NCBI GenBank assembly: GCA_951406725.2
Contig: OX597842.1
Coordinates: 22,134,001 to 22,198,000 of the forward strand
Origin: Octopus vulgaris
Taxonomy: Eukaryota
Direction: 5' to 3'
Length of the DNA: 64,000 bases
The notes beneath the pieces are model-generated. The model did not search any database. It saw nothing but the letters and a program-made list of their open reading frames with translations, and was not told the origin of the DNA. How positions within the stretch are numbered: position 1 is the first letter of the stretch; the number at the start of each line of letters is the position of its first letter. Below are positions 63,070 through 64,000 of the stretch, one piece after another. A program made the position numbers and the translations under genes.

Positions 63070-64000
63070 TATACATATATACGACGGGCTTCTTTCAGTT
63101 TCCGTCTACCAAATCCACTCACAAGGCTTTGGTCGGCCCGAGGCCATAGTAGAAGACACTAGCCCAAGGTGTCACGCAGTGGGACTGAACCCAGAACCAT
63201 ATGGTTGATAAACAAGCTACTTACCTCACAGAAAAATTAGTATTTTTTTAATGAAATTTTCTTCAAATACTTTTCAGAGTGTGTTAATTATGATTATATC
63301 AGAATCTGATGTGAAAAGAAAAATGTTGAGCAACGCACACATACATTTTGACACATCACGATTTTTATTTCGAAATTCAAAGTTCCATATGCGACGTGTG
63401 TCAGTGTGAGTGTGTACGAGCTCACCATTTCTTTCTTTTTCGTTTTTCACATCAAATTCCGATATAATTGTAATCTACACACTTTAAAAAATATTTTATA
63501 AAATATTTAAAAAAAAAAAAGCTACCAGGCGCAGGAGTGGCTGTGTGGTAAGTAGCTTGCTAACTAACCACATGGTTCCACGTTCAGTCCCACTGCGTGG
63601 CACCTTGGGCAAGTGTCTTCTACTATAGCGTCGGGCTGACCAATGCCTTGTGAGTGGATTTGGTAGACGGAAACTGAAAGAAGCCCGTCGTATATAGGTA
63701 CAGGAGTGGCTGTGTGGTAAGTAGCTTGCTAACCAACCACATGGTTCCAGGTTCAGTCCCACTGCATGGCACCTTGGGCAAGTGTCTTCTACCATAGCCT
63801 CGGGCCGACCAAAGCCTTGTGAGTGGAGCTGGTAGACGGAAACTGAAAGAAGCCCATCATATATATGTATATATATACATCTATGTGTGTCTGTGTTTGT
63901 CCCCCTAGCATTGCTTGACAACCGATGCTGGTGTGTTTACGTCCCCGTTACTTAGCGGTTCGGCAAAAGAGAGCGATAGAATAAGTACTGGGCTTACAAA
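62120..64000. mobile_element. Cluster of SINE S2 copies: 62120-62540 (-), 62780-63230 (-), 63528-64000 (+, double head)
   Basis: Match to 11145-11515. Confidence 0.8.

Overview
AT-rich eukaryotic DNA with one 100-N gap (21-120). The repeat content and gene type fit a coleoid cephalopod, probably an octopus; this is inferred from pattern recognition, not a database match. The window is a tandem cluster of six C2H2 zinc-finger (ZNF) genes, each with an uninterrupted coding region and no visible KRAB, SCAN, BTB or ZAD domain. They form two subfamilies: four + strand 'MEN(E/D)L' genes and two - strand 'MEDV' genes. The genes sit among tRNA-derived SINEs, RTE, CR1-like and Penelope LINE fragments, non-autonomous Helitrons (one carrying a PIF1 helicase fragment), mariner, Tc1 and piggyBac relics, MITEs, a solo LTR and microsatellites. 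Main observations: (1) a near-canonical type I hammerhead ribozyme at the tip of a long hairpin element, antisense and just upstream of a ZNF start codon, with a broken sibling copy and further minimal hammerheads near a Penelope relic; (2) five of six ZNF arrays are cut short at their 3' ends, and decayed fingers have been reused as a 3' minisatellite and as a new 11-aa coding repeat; (3) a SINE whose insertion-site motif also lies in its own head and which forms tandem arrays with one fixed junction; (4) a ~220-bp hairpin whose mismatches are mostly G-U on one strand; (5) a ~30-copy motif array with (TA)n spacers next to a probable promoter.
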